Shown: positions 37,284 through 47,150 of the stretch, piece by piece
How positions within the stretch are numbered: position 1 is the stretch's first letter
Layout of the letters: the number at the start of each line of letters is the position of its first letter
NCBI GenBank assembly: GCA_902521835.1
Contig: CABYTH010000001.1
Span: 22,602-86,601, forward strand
Reading direction: 5' to 3'
Source of the DNA: an uncultured Alphaproteobacteria bacterium
Lineage (GTDB): Bacteria; Pseudomonadota; Alphaproteobacteria; HIMB59
DNA: 64,000 nt
Program-made: the position numbers and the translations under genes
The notes under the pieces: generated by a model
Seen by the model: only the letters and a program-made list of their open reading frames with translations
The model's database searches: none
Told to the model about the DNA's origin: nothing

Positions 37284-37607
37284 ATGAGACTCGTTCTAAT
37301 ATTTATATTCTCATTAATTTCTATTTCCTCTCATAGCTATCATGAAAAAGATATAATTTATGATGAAGGGGAAATAATCTGTATTGCAACCTATGAGCTA
37401 GCCGAAGATTTTTTTTTACAAATGAAAGACCCTAACACTTCTGAAGAAATGAATAAAAGAAAACAAGCTCTATTGGATAAATACGATGAGGGTCACTTTC
37501 CTCAGGAGGATATAGAATTTTATACTCTTGAAATTCATTATGCATGGACTGCTAATTTTGATTTTTTACCACCAATTTTAAAAAATTGTCGTGAAAATAT
37601 CCGTTGA
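37284..37607 (+). CDS. Hypothetical exported protein
   Basis: Signal peptide MRLVLIFIFSLISISSHS; two Cys. Confidence 0.65.
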   Translation: MRLVLIFIFSLISISSHSYHEKDIIYDEGEIICIATYELAEDFFLQMKDPNTSEEMNKRKQALLDKYDEGHFPQEDIEFYTLEIHYAWTANFDFLPPILKNCRENIR

Positions 37608-37622
37608 TCAATTTGGGTATTA

Positions 37623-37877
37623 CTACATTTTTTCCAACTTATATACGTCATCTACATTATTAAATTTAGCATCAAATTCCTTTGATCTTGGATCTTCAAA
37701 CAAAGCATAAAATTTTTCCTCATCGGTGACATTTGCTACAATTATCACTTTTCCATCTCTGACAAACCCCATCTCAAATCCATCAGTATATTTCGCAATG
37801 TCATCTTTAAAAGAGTCATACAATTTTAAGTAGTCTTCTTTAGTTCCGTTATAAGTAGATACAACACATAAATTCAT
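37623..37877 (-). CDS. Small hypothetical protein, possible ABM-like/DUF3764-like fold
   Basis: AGGAG RBS; 84 aa; pattern resembles 37989..38264. Confidence 0.6.
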   Translation of the reverse strand: MNLCVVSTYNGTKEDYLKLYDSFKDDIAKYTDGFEMGFVRDGKVIIVANVTDEEKFYALFEDPRSKEFDAKFNNVDDVYKLEKM

Positions 37878-37988
37878 AATTATTTTCTCCTTTAAACTAA
37901 TTTACGTATTGTTCAATTTTAGAGATCAATATCTTTTGAATGAATTATTTTTAAATAAACTTTATAATAACTTATAGAGAGGACAGCT

Positions 37989-38264
37989 ATGAAAATTATT
38001 ACAAATGCAAAAATAACTAAAGGTTATGAACATTGGAAACAAATGTTTGAAGAAAATGAAAATCTGAGAAAGGAATATGGTCTTAATGTATTAGCCTATG
38101 GACATCCAAAAGATAACAATGAAGAAATTTATACGGTTATAGAAGTAGAGTCGATGGATAAAATGCAAGAAATGTTAAAACTTCCTGAAATGATAAAACT
38201 TAGAACAGAAGCTGGAGTTGATCTAGATACACAAAAATTTATTTTACTTGAGGGTGGGAACTAA
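37989..38264 (+). CDS. Small ABM-like (DUF3764-like) protein
   Basis: GAGG RBS; GYEHWKQMFEEN..LRKEYG...LRTEAGVD pattern. Confidence 0.65.
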   Translation: MKIITNAKITKGYEHWKQMFEENENLRKEYGLNVLAYGHPKDNNEEIYTVIEVESMDKMQEMLKLPEMIKLRTEAGVDLDTQKFILLEGGN

Positions 38265-38449
38265 GATTGTGTAAGTAAGAAATATAAGCTTAAAAATATT
38301 AAAAATATTGATACAGATAAGCCTAATTTAAAGGCTTTATCTATAATAGAATATTCCTTTTTACCTACATACCTCTTTTTAATAATGTAAATAGCTGCAG
38401 TAAAAATCGAAAAAAACCAAAATGTATTTACCACTAATTCTATGTTCAT
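38261..38449 (-). CDS. Small 2-TM membrane protein
   Basis: Two hydrophobic helices; ATGA overlap with the upstream gene. Confidence 0.5.
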   Translation of the reverse strand: MNIELVVNTFWFFSIFTAAIYIIKKRYVGKKEYSIIDKAFKLGLSVSIFLIFLSLYFLLTQS

Positions 38450-38787
38450 GTGCTCTTGTATGAATTTCTTTCTAAATATTTTTCACCGTTTTCTGACAAA
38501 TACCAAAGATATCGCTTTTCATTATTTTGATCGTCCTCCCACATAATTTTATTTGCTAGATTCATTCTTATCAGTTTTGCCCCGGTATCACTCACAATAT
38601 TGAAATTTAACCCTGTCAAAAATGAAATTTCATCCAAGTCAAAAGCATTAATCACATCTTTTGAAATTAAAAACTTATCGTTTATCTTTTTACCTGTTGT
38701 TTTTAATGTGACATGTCTTTTACATATTTTTTCCTGGAGACACTTCATAAATATGTAATCTTGAGTTTCAATATCATCACTATTCAT
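38446..38787 (-). CDS. Hypothetical protein, possible winged-helix
   Basis: C-terminal WYLSENGEKYL resembles the wHTH wing motif. Confidence 0.55.
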   Translation of the reverse strand: MNSDDIETQDYIFMKCLQEKICKRHVTLKTTGKKINDKFLISKDVINAFDLDEISFLTGLNFNIVSDTGAKLIRMNLANKIMWEDDQNNEKRYLWYLSENGEKYLERNSYKST

Positions 38788-38796
38788 AAATTTTGA

Positions 38797-39006
38797 TTAT
38801 TTAAACCAATCGCTATAAACACTAATTAAAACTAGTGAGAAAGTCCCGTACCCTAAAACGATTATAATGAAATATTTAATATATATTCTTTTGGAACTTA
38901 CATTTTTTGTTAATTTACCAAATTTTTTTTGAGTATAGATAAAAGCTGCCCATAGTAAAATTGCAAAGCCGTATGATGATAATAAAACTTTAATTACTTC
39001 TGACAT
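38797..39006 (-). CDS. Small 2-TM membrane protein
   Basis: Two hydrophobic helices; abuts the upstream gene stop. Confidence 0.5.
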   Translation of the reverse strand: MSEVIKVLLSSYGFAILLWAAFIYTQKKFGKLTKNVSSKRIYIKYFIIIVLGYGTFSLVLISVYSDWFK

Positions 39007-39660
39007 TTAAAAAGACAATGATCCTGACAATAAGTTTTCATTCAAGGGGCCTAAATTTTTAGGGTAGGTTAGTATACCATCAGATATATATTTATCATCA
39101 AATTGTGACACACACCAAGATAGCGATGCTGGTTTGGGTACTAGAGTTTTATTATCTCTAATAGAGTAAAGTAAATTATCTCTAACAGCTAAGTCACCCA
39201 TATATACTAAATAAGCAACTTTTGTCCGCCTTGTAATAAAGTTACTTTCGCCTTGATTGAGACTTTTAGGAGGGTTGTAGATCACTGGCTTTTTTTTGAC
39301 ATACTCATCTTTAAGTCTCTTTATTAACCAATTTCTCATTATTTTTCTGACCGCATGATAAGCTGCAAATTGCGGTTTAATTAAATATGTAGTTTGGTGC
39401 CCAATATTCAAAATTGTATTATTTTCAGAAAACTTGTAAGAATAGCCGTCTTTATATCTTTGATGAAACTTTGAGAATTCTTTAGCCCAAGTTACTCCCT
39501 CAATTACCCTATCTTTAGTTTGAGAGGTGTACTTTTCTCTTGATGAGGTGTCATGTAAAACTACATCCCGGAAAAAAGATAAGTAATCTGACTCATTTTT
39601 AAATTTTTCCTTATGAACTTGTTTTAATTCTTCCCAAGGTTTGATTTTTATATCTTGCAC
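39007..39660 (-). CDS. Hypothetical protein (GTG start)
   Basis: 217-aa ORF heading a tight 4-gene minus-strand run; no recognised motif. Confidence 0.6.
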   Translation of the reverse strand: MQDIKIKPWEELKQVHKEKFKNESDYLSFFRDVVLHDTSSREKYTSQTKDRVIEGVTWAKEFSKFHQRYKDGYSYKFSENNTILNIGHQTTYLIKPQFAAYHAVRKIMRNWLIKRLKDEYVKKKPVIYNPPKSLNQGESNFITRRTKVAYLVYMGDLAVRDNLLYSIRDNKTLVPKPASLSWCVSQFDDKYISDGILTYPKNLGPLNENLLSGSLSF

Positions 39661-39968
39661 TTCTTTTGAACTTATATTATTTTCAATTCATACACAAACT
39701 ATTATATAATTTATGTGTAATTTATGGAAAAAATAGAAAAATTATCAATAAAATCAACAATTTTTCAATAAAATCGCAAAATTAGAAAAAATTTCAAATT
39801 TAAGGTAAATTAAAAAAAAATCATGATTAATTTTTTTAAATCCTTGGTTTCCATTTTTAGGATTTTTCTGTGATTATTAAAAATTTTATTACACTAAATT
39901 TTATTGGTTATGTGTGTAAATTACAAAGTAAAAAAATACTAACATTTACTTACAAATATTTAATTTTT

Positions 39969-40376
39969 TCAGAGATAACCCTTAAACTTACTAGGTTTCC
40001 AATTTTTGGGAGCAATTTCTAAATCCTCAAATTCAAAAGCTGGAGCAACAGTACAACCAATTAAACTAAATAATCCAGTCGTTTCTAAAGAGAACCATAT
40101 ATTACTTTCGATGCTGTAAATAAATCTATTTTCAGATCCTATTTCATTTATTTCATATTCTTCGCCATTTTTCGATGTATATATTCTCAAAGGACTACCA
40201 GTATAAAAGTGTATTGTTTCGTTCTTTTTGATGCGATGCCAATGTGAATATTGTCCTTTTTCTAACAAATAGTATATGTGACTAACATCCTTATTTTTGT
40301 AAACTTCGACGTAATGGCCTCCTTCAGGATGAGGTATCATTTTATGGCTTTTTATAAGAGATTTTATTGTATCCAT
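39969..40376 (-). CDS. Cupin_5 (DUF985) family protein
   Basis: MIPHPEGGHY, IYYLL, SHWHRI..ETIHFYTG, GCTVAPAFEFEDLE. Confidence 0.88.
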   Translation of the reverse strand: MDTIKSLIKSHKMIPHPEGGHYVEVYKNKDVSHIYYLLEKGQYSHWHRIKKNETIHFYTGSPLRIYTSKNGEEYEINEIGSENRFIYSIESNIWFSLETTGLFSLIGCTVAPAFEFEDLEIAPKNWKPSKFKGYL

Positions 40377-40514
40377 CCAAATTAAAAGTACATTTTTATT
40401 TTATGCATACAAAATATAAATTTATTTAATTAAAAATACTGAATCTATTGATTATTTTCTATTTTTAGGAATCAATTCCATTTTTCATCTAAAAATGTAT
40501 GATTTAAGTAATAT

Positions 40515-40700
40515 ATGGCAATGGAAAACTTACAAACAATATCCTGTCCAAAGTGTGACTTATCCGTATCTTCTATTTGTTCAAAGTGTAACAAAGAAGT
40601 AGAGGTATCTCAATTAGCTGATGGCTGTGTAGTTCAAATCACTAAATGTGTTGAGTGCACAAATACACCAGTTATCAAAGATGTCTGCGTAGAAAACTAG
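40515..40700 (+). CDS. Small Cys-rich putative zinc-binding protein
   Basis: CPKC, CSKC and CVEC motifs in 61 aa. Confidence 0.6.
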   Translation: MAMENLQTISCPKCDLSVSSICSKCNKEVEVSQLADGCVVQITKCVECTNTPVIKDVCVEN

Positions 40701-40791
40701 TTCTCACTTAACCGACATTAATTCCTTAATTATTCCTTTAAGATCCAAAGATTATTTTGAGACTAAAAAGTATTATTGGAGAATTATTTTA

Positions 40792-40983
40792 ATGAAAATA
40801 CTAAAAATATTGGATAAGGCTGAGCTGATACTCGTAGATTTAGAAGTGAACTTAGGAAAAGAAGTTAGGAACGCCCCAACTTTATGTGTCAGATATAAAG
40901 GTAAAATTATACCCTTAAACACTGCACATGATGGTAGACCTATATTAATGAATGAAGAAAACGCCATTCCAATTCAAAATTAA
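40792..40983 (+). CDS. Small hypothetical protein
   Basis: GGAG RBS; 63-aa ORF. Confidence 0.55.
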   Translation: MKILKILDKAELILVDLEVNLGKEVRNAPTLCVRYKGKIIPLNTAHDGRPILMNEENAIPIQN

Positions 40984-41093
40984 AATTAGATGTTTACTGG
41001 TACACTTTGGGTAGATTTAACAATCTCTCTTATACTACTAGCTACTTTTTTTATGTGGATAATGAGAGGGGATTAAATAAGATTAATTCCTTA

Positions 41094-41381
41094 ATGGAGA
41101 TATTAAACAATAAAGAGGAAGTAAGAGAAAAACTCAAAAACAACCCTTTACAAGCTGCTCATTTACTCAGACTCAATGGATATGGTTCTATTAAATATGA
41201 ATGCGCCTGTGGTGAAACACATGATGCTAATGGTAAAGATGTAAGTTGTAAAGGATCTGCTAAACCTTTTAAAGCTCTTCTTAAATGTTCAAACAATTTT
41301 GTAACGATGATAAAAATTGAGGGCTTTTTTCGAAAAAAAGCTATCTCAGAGTATGGATTTAAAGCAAGCATAATGGATTAA
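41094..41381 (+). CDS. Hypothetical protein with a putative metal-binding CxC..H/C cluster
   Basis: YECACGETH...C...C; start set at MEIL. Confidence 0.55.
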   Translation: MEILNNKEEVREKLKNNPLQAAHLLRLNGYGSIKYECACGETHDANGKDVSCKGSAKPFKALLKCSNNFVTMIKIEGFFRKKAISEYGFKASIMD

Positions 41382-41384
41382 ATT

Positions 41385-41777
41385 ATGAAGTTTTTTTTTA
41401 TATTATTTTTTATTCCAACTTTATCTTTCGGTCAGAGTATAAAATTAGCTTGTCAAGAAACATCTCTTATTGATTACTCAAAAGTACAAATTATTGAATT
41501 TAAAAATGAGGATATAAATGAATTTGAATACTCATTTGACCAAAACCTCTTTGTATTTAAGGAGAGATTTCAAGATTTACAATATGAGTACATGGGAGAA
41601 GATGACGTAAGTTATCATTTTAGAATTGAAACTGACTTCTCCTTTAACACCCTAATTCTATATAAAAAAATCCTTAGATATGAGAGAAACATATTTTATC
41701 CTGATAGTGTAAATTTGAAAAAAACTTATTACGGCGATTGCAATAAATCAGACAGTTTTTTTGCTGCTTTGAAATAG
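41385..41777 (+). CDS. Hypothetical exported protein
   Basis: Signal peptide MKFFFILFFIPTLSFG; Cys near both ends. Confidence 0.6.
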   Translation: MKFFFILFFIPTLSFGQSIKLACQETSLIDYSKVQIIEFKNEDINEFEYSFDQNLFVFKERFQDLQYEYMGEDDVSYHFRIETDFSFNTLILYKKILRYERNIFYPDSVNLKKTYYGDCNKSDSFFAALK

Positions 41778-41865
41778 AATACAGAAAAATCATCTTTTAT
41801 TAATTTTTAGGTAATACATTTTCACGAACTAGACTTAAATACTATTTTTTGTATAGTTTTTCTAT

Positions 41866-42072
41866 ATGTCCGATGTTTATAGTTTAATGAAATATTTAAC
41901 GCCCTATGAATTAGATCATATTAAGTTCTTGGCACATAATGACGAGATACCATACCAAATAATAAATTCTCAATATAATATTGATAAACATGATGTAAAA
42001 AACTTGATGAGATTTATGTTAAATGACCAAGACTATTTAAAATGGAAAAAAATTTATAATAAAACGCATTGA
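41866..42072 (+). CDS. Divergent TIGR03643/DUF2805-like small protein
   Basis: A..D.IPY..I..QY.I...DV..LMR..L....Y.KWKK resembles the family pattern. Confidence 0.5.
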   Translation: MSDVYSLMKYLTPYELDHIKFLAHNDEIPYQIINSQYNIDKHDVKNLMRFMLNDQDYLKWKKIYNKTH

Positions 42073-42107
42073 GGAACTTCCTAAATTTTATTATTCACAA
42101 TCTTTAT

Positions 42108-43088
42108 TTAATTTTTTAGTCTCATTTCACTGAAATGCTGAGCTAATTTCTTACCAGATAACCAAGCATCTTGCATACTTGGACCCTCACACCAATCTCC
42201 AAAAGCATATAGACGCTGATCTATGGACTCAATGAATCTTTTAGAGTTTTGATCTCTAAGACTTTTCTTTGTATAAGAGTATCTCCATCTATGTGACTTC
42301 TTAAAAACAGCATCAGCTTTTGATTGAAAAGACTTTTTCATTTGATTTACCACATAGTCCTCTAAAACATAATTTTCTATGTTGTAATACTCTTTTGTCC
42401 AATCAGCTCTCATATTTACAACCCAACACTCTTCATTAAAAAATTCGTGTTTAAAATTTTGATTCATCAAAAAACTAATTTCAGGTGTTAAGTGATATCC
42501 AAATTGAAACGGAGCTCCTAATCTTTTATTAAATGCAATCATGACTGTCCAAATGGAGTCAAACTCTATTTCAGGAATATCGCTATAATCTATAAATTGA
42601 TCTAACAATTTTTTTGATTGTTCAAAGGGCATGCTACAAAAAACATAATCATAAGGTCCTAATTTCTCATCTACTGCGATTAAGAAATATTCATTATTAT
42701 TGCTTTCAATGTTGGTTATCTCTTTTGAAAAATGCGTAGGGTAGTGCAGTGATTTATGTATCTTTATAGGAATTGATTCATTTCCATCTTTACCAACAAT
42801 GACCTCTTTATCTTCAATTGGAGAATTTTGTGAGATATTTGAACAAAATTGACCTTTTAAAATTTTAATAGCATCAATTTTTTTTAAAAATTCATTTAAG
42901 CCAATAACACCATGATCTAATTTCAAATAGTGAGCACCATGATCAAAAGCATATTGCTCATGTTTTCTTGTGCTTATTCTTCCACCTGGTCTCCAGGATT
43001 TCTCAAAAAATGTAATATCAAGTGCTGGCAAGTGATATGCTAAAGAGAGCGCACTGAGCCCAGTTCCAATGACTGCAATTTTTTTCAA
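42108..43088 (-). CDS. Renalase-like NAD(P)/FAD-dependent oxidoreductase
   Basis: IAVIGTGLSAL, FEKS..PGGRISTR, FDHGAHY, HRWRYS, GDWCEGP..AWLSG. Confidence 0.88.
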   Translation of the reverse strand: MKKIAVIGTGLSALSLAYHLPALDITFFEKSWRPGGRISTRKHEQYAFDHGAHYLKLDHGVIGLNEFLKKIDAIKILKGQFCSNISQNSPIEDKEVIVGKDGNESIPIKIHKSLHYPTHFSKEITNIESNNNEYFLIAVDEKLGPYDYVFCSMPFEQSKKLLDQFIDYSDIPEIEFDSIWTVMIAFNKRLGAPFQFGYHLTPEISFLMNQNFKHEFFNEECWVVNMRADWTKEYYNIENYVLEDYVVNQMKKSFQSKADAVFKKSHRWRYSYTKKSLRDQNSKRFIESIDQRLYAFGDWCEGPSMQDAWLSGKKLAQHFSEMRLKN

Positions 43089-43093
43089 TTTTA

Positions 43094-43516
43094 TTACTTT
43101 TTTGTGCTTTTAGGTTTAATTTCATCAACATCTTCAATAGGACGAAGTATTGGGACATACCTAAGTCGAAGAATGATGACTGCAATCGCAACTAAGACTA
43201 TTGCTCCTGCTTCGTACAGAAGAAGCTCTGGGTTTGAGTCTTTACCTTGAAGTATAATAAGACGAGATAAAGCGGTAATAGCAATAAATAAGGGATATGT
43301 CATTCTTACACGATTGGAAACATAGTAGACTCGAACCATTCCAATAACCTCAACATAAATAAACAAGAGGAGTAGATCAGCTAACTCTACATACTGAACT
43401 TCTATCATTCTCATTATCTCAAACATAATGGCTGTGATAGTAGCTACTAATATTATTGCAATAACTGCTTTTTCAATAAACCCTACGAGATTTTCAACAT
43501 TAGTCTTCATTACCAT
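43094..43516 (-). CDS. Phosphate-starvation-inducible PsiE family membrane protein
   Basis: LADLLLLFIYVEVIGM, PLFIAITALSRLIIL. Confidence 0.8.
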   Translation of the reverse strand: MVMKTNVENLVGFIEKAVIAIILVATITAIMFEIMRMIEVQYVELADLLLLFIYVEVIGMVRVYYVSNRVRMTYPLFIAITALSRLIILQGKDSNPELLLYEAGAIVLVAIAVIILRLRYVPILRPIEDVDEIKPKSTKK

Positions 43517-44187
43517 TCAACCATATCAATTTGTTTTGATTTTAGAAAGGTATTTGTCTTAGAAAAAGGCTTACTCCCAAAAAAACCGCGGTGAGCCGAT
43601 AATGGGGAAGGGTGCGGTGCTGATAAAATAAGATGTTTATTCGAATCAATTATCTCTTTCTTTGATTGAGCAAACGTACCCCATAATATGAAAACAATAT
43701 TTTCTAATTCATTACTGATAACTGAGATAACTTTGTCTGTAAAAATATCCCAACCAAACTTTTGATGTGAGAGGGGTTTTGATTTTTCTACTGTAAGAGT
43801 TGTGTTTAAAAGAAATACTCCCTGCTTAGCCCACTTATCTAAATTACCATTGTTGTAATTCACCTCTTTTTTTAAGTCATCTTGAAGTTCTTTATAAATA
43901 TTCAACAGTGAGGGCGGTGGTTTTATATTTTCTGGTACAGAAAAACTGAGCCCATGAGCTTGGCCAGGTCCATGGTAGGGATCTTGACCTAATATCACTA
44001 CCTTCACCTTGTCTAAAGGAGTTAAATTAAATGCATTAAAAATTTGTTTTCCTGGAGGATAAAAAATAATTTTATTTTTTTTTAATTCTAAAAGTTTGCT
44101 TTTGAGTTTAATCATATAATCTTGATTAAATTCCTCTTTTAAATGTTCAAGCCAAGTATCAGGAAGTTGAATGGTAGATTTTTCCAT
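43510..44187 (-). CDS. ung: Uracil-DNA glycosylase (family 1)
   Basis: ILGQDPYHGPGQAHGLSFSV, PPSLLNI, HPSPLSA. Confidence 0.97.
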   Translation of the reverse strand: MEKSTIQLPDTWLEHLKEEFNQDYMIKLKSKLLELKKNKIIFYPPGKQIFNAFNLTPLDKVKVVILGQDPYHGPGQAHGLSFSVPENIKPPPSLLNIYKELQDDLKKEVNYNNGNLDKWAKQGVFLLNTTLTVEKSKPLSHQKFGWDIFTDKVISVISNELENIVFILWGTFAQSKKEIIDSNKHLILSAPHPSPLSAHRGFFGSKPFSKTNTFLKSKQIDMVEW

Positions 44188-44198
44188 TCAGATTTTAG

Positions 44199-44471
44199 TT
44201 AATTTAAAGTTGCGTCTTTACTTCTGCCGTATTTTTCAAGCTTGTAAATAATCTTTTCCTTAAGTTCATGATTTTCCTCTAAAGCCATTACTAAAGCTTG
44301 TGTATAGAAAAAACATGCTGCTTCAATATCAGCCTTATTTTCGAAGTAATTTGCTGCTTCATAGTAGAGAGAACATACTTTATCCATTTGCTTTTTTTGA
44401 AAAGCATCAGCAATATCGCTATCTAATTGAAAAGTGTCTTTCATAAATATTTTGAAACTAGCACATTTCAA
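44199..44471 (-). CDS. Small helical hypothetical protein
   Basis: AACFFYTQALVMALE; lies between gloB and ung. Confidence 0.6.
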   Translation of the reverse strand: MKCASFKIFMKDTFQLDSDIADAFQKKQMDKVCSLYYEAANYFENKADIEAACFFYTQALVMALEENHELKEKIIYKLEKYGRSKDATLN

Positions 44472-44497
44472 TAAAACACCAAGATTAAAATAATTTT

Positions 44498-45259
44498 CTA
44501 GAAATTATCCTTTGCAGAGCGCATTTTAGCAAATACCTCTGTTGCATCTTGCGTGTCAAAAAATTTCATAAATTGATCTGTGTCACATCTCAAAAATGGA
44601 TTACAGAGCAATTGGTCTGAGAGAGTTGTTGGAATTGTTGGTCGATGCTCTTTTTCTCGGTATGAGGCCCATTTATAATATTCATTAAGCTTTTCATTAT
44701 CAGGGTCTATGTTTAGGGCAAATTTTAAATTAGCCATCGTATATTCATGCCCACAATATACTTTTGTATCTTCAGGTAATTGTTTTAACTTAGATAAACT
44801 GTTCCAAAAAACTTCAGGATTTCCCTCAAACATTCTTCCACATCCAATGCTAAATAGAGTATCCCCAGAAAATAAAATATTATGTTTTAGCATAAAATAA
44901 TTTATGTGTTGAAGCGTATGCCCAGGAGTATGTATGACTTTATATTCATTTCCATGTATCTCAAAAATTTCCTGATCCTCAACTTCTTTATCTGGTTTTG
45001 GTATTTTGGAGTCATTTTTGTTCCCTATGACTAAAGATTTAAATCTTGATTTAATTTCATCAACAGCACCAATGTGATCATCGTGATGATGTGTAATGAT
45101 TATGTGAGAAGCACTACAATCATTTAGTTCAAGTATCTTCAAACACATATCTAGATCTGAGGGATCAACTAGCACTCCTTTTGTTTCATGAGGATTTTTA
45201 ATTAAATATCCATAGTTATCATCTAATTGGGGAAACAAATACACATTAGGTTTTTGCAT
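44498..45259 (-). CDS. gloB: Hydroxyacylglutathione hydrolase (glyoxalase II)
   Basis: DNYGYL, THHHDDHIG, TPGHT, FSGDTLFSIGCGRMFEG, CGHEYT. Confidence 0.95.
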   Translation of the reverse strand: MQKPNVYLFPQLDDNYGYLIKNPHETKGVLVDPSDLDMCLKILELNDCSASHIIITHHHDDHIGAVDEIKSRFKSLVIGNKNDSKIPKPDKEVEDQEIFEIHGNEYKVIHTPGHTLQHINYFMLKHNILFSGDTLFSIGCGRMFEGNPEVFWNSLSKLKQLPEDTKVYCGHEYTMANLKFALNIDPDNEKLNEYYKWASYREKEHRPTIPTTLSDQLLCNPFLRCDTDQFMKFFDTQDATEVFAKMRSAKDNF

Positions 45260-45299
45260 AAGAAATAGAATGTTATGTAAATCTCGTTAAAATACAACT

Positions 45300-46007
45300 A
45301 TGGATATCAACGCATCCGATATTTATAGTTTTTATAATTCAAGACTAGGCACTATTGTTAAACGCAACATACGTCATCAATTAAACACCCATTTAAATTC
45401 CGTAAACGATAGTGTTATTTGTGGATATGGTTATACAAACCCTTTTCTTTCTTTTCTAAGTAAGCAAAATAAAAATTTACAAATATCCTCTATGCAGCCA
45501 GAATTTTTAGATGGTAATGTTAAAGAGAAATACGATTTCGAACACCAAATAATACATGAATATTTCTTACCTTTGGATCCAAGTTCAGTTGATGTGGTAA
45601 TATCAACTCATTTACTTGAGTTCGTTGATAAGCCCCAGAGTAGTATTGAAGAAATATGGAGAATACTTAAGCCAAACGGTTTATTTTTATCAATTATTCC
45701 CAGAAGATCAGGTATATGGACTCGGTATGATAACAACCCTTTTGGGTTTGGTCGATCTTACTCAAACAAGCAATTTAAATCACTAATACAAGACTTTTTG
45801 GTTCTTGATTATAGAAAAACATTTTTGCACTTTCCTCCATGGAATCATTATTTAAATTACAAATCACATCGAACAATTGAAAAAATAGGTAAATTATTTT
45901 TTCCTTATATGGGAGGACTAATGATTTGCGTATGTAAAAAGATTGTTTACGCAAAGAGTTCAAAAAAACAAAAAAAAATACCTATTAAAAATTTTGTGCC
46001 GACTTAA
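45300..46007 (+). CDS. Class I SAM-dependent methyltransferase (YafS-like), divergent from gloB
   Basis: LPLDPSSVD..HLLEF, WRILKPNG, PFGFGRSYS; typical gloB-divergent arrangement. Confidence 0.8.
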   Translation: MDINASDIYSFYNSRLGTIVKRNIRHQLNTHLNSVNDSVICGYGYTNPFLSFLSKQNKNLQISSMQPEFLDGNVKEKYDFEHQIIHEYFLPLDPSSVDVVISTHLLEFVDKPQSSIEEIWRILKPNGLFLSIIPRRSGIWTRYDNNPFGFGRSYSNKQFKSLIQDFLVLDYRKTFLHFPPWNHYLNYKSHRTIEKIGKLFFPYMGGLMICVCKKIVYAKSSKKQKKIPIKNFVPT

Positions 46008-46046
46008 TATTAATTTATATTGAGATTTAAAATATAGGATAAATTT

Positions 46047-46799
46047 TTGTTAGATATTAGTTATTACTTAATAGTTTCTTTTTCTATTCTTTTATTTGCA
46101 ATTTCGAAATCAGGTTTTTCCGGGGGTGGATTGGCTTTAATCTCAGTAACCCTTTTATCCATAACTTATGGTCCTTTAACTGCAATAGCTATATTAATGC
46201 CAATGTTAATTGTATGTGATGTAATCGCTTTGTTTTTAAATAGAAAACATTTTGAATATAAAATTTTATGGTCAATTGCACCATATTCTTTATTGGGAGT
46301 CATTATTGGAACAATCTTGTTTAAATTTATCAATTTATCAATGATAAGTATTTTTATTGGATCAATTTCCTTACTATATGTTTTGCTTAATTACTTAATC
46401 GCAGATAACAGAAATTTAAAAAAAATACCCTTTTATGGAAGTAAATCTTTTTGGGGAGCACTAGCGGGGTTTACTAGTTTTGTACTCCACTCTGGAGGAT
46501 TGCCATTAAATATATATTTTATGGCAATTTATAATAAAAAAGTGCAGTTTGTTGCAGGCGTAGTTTTTTCTATTGCTTTAATAAATTTATTTAAATTAAT
46601 CCCGTATTTCTATTTGGAAATATTAAACTTTGAGAAGTTATATAGTTATTTAATTTTTTCACCAATTGCAGTAATAGGAGTAATTTTGGGACACTGGATG
46701 AATAGTAAACTTTCAGATAATTCTTTTTTTACCATTATCAATATTTTTGTAGTGATAGGCTCGCTTCGATTAATTTATTTGGGTTTAGTCGGTTTATAA
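46047..46799 (+). CDS. TauE/SafE family (sulfite exporter-like) membrane protein
   Basis: SKSGFSGGG, AILMPMLIVCD, GFTSFVLHSGG, NLFKLIPY. Confidence 0.85.
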   Translation: MLDISYYLIVSFSILLFAISKSGFSGGGLALISVTLLSITYGPLTAIAILMPMLIVCDVIALFLNRKHFEYKILWSIAPYSLLGVIIGTILFKFINLSMISIFIGSISLLYVLLNYLIADNRNLKKIPFYGSKSFWGALAGFTSFVLHSGGLPLNIYFMAIYNKKVQFVAGVVFSIALINLFKLIPYFYLEILNFEKLYSYLIFSPIAVIGVILGHWMNSKLSDNSFFTIINIFVVIGSLRLIYLGLVGL

Positions 46800-47150
46800 T
46801 ATCTTTTCTAAAATATTGATTAATTCAAATTCATTTTTAAATTCGTTCATTTGTTTCTTATCTATCAATAATTTGTATTTACCTTCTTTTTCCTCAAGAC
46901 ATATAGGCAGGTCATCTTTGTAATTTAGAAGATTAAATTCTTCCAATTCTTCAGAATGTAAAAACTTAAAATTATGTGGTGAGCTCTCTATAAATTTCTT
47001 CCACGTCTCGCGCATTTTCAGGTCGTGAGTAATTTTACATAAATTGCAATCATAGGTGCTGGGGGAGGCATATTTATGGACTGTATCAAGAATATAGTTC
47101 CATTTACCACCTTTGGCGTTATAGACAAAAATTATATTTTTATTGTTCAT
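46794..47150 (-). CDS. Conserved hypothetical protein
   Basis: IIFVYNAKGG...HK..SPSTYDCNLCKITH; start set at MNNK. Confidence 0.7.
   Translation of the reverse strand: MNNKNIIFVYNAKGGKWNYILDTVHKYASPSTYDCNLCKITHDLKMRETWKKFIESSPHNFKFLHSEELEEFNLLNYKDDLPICLEEKEGKYKLLIDKKQMNEFKNEFELINILEKIL

Noticed and set aside
39661-39968. Replication origin or ncRNA in the long AT-rich gap
   Set aside because: No DnaA boxes (TTATCCACA) and no GC-supported secondary structure were seen.
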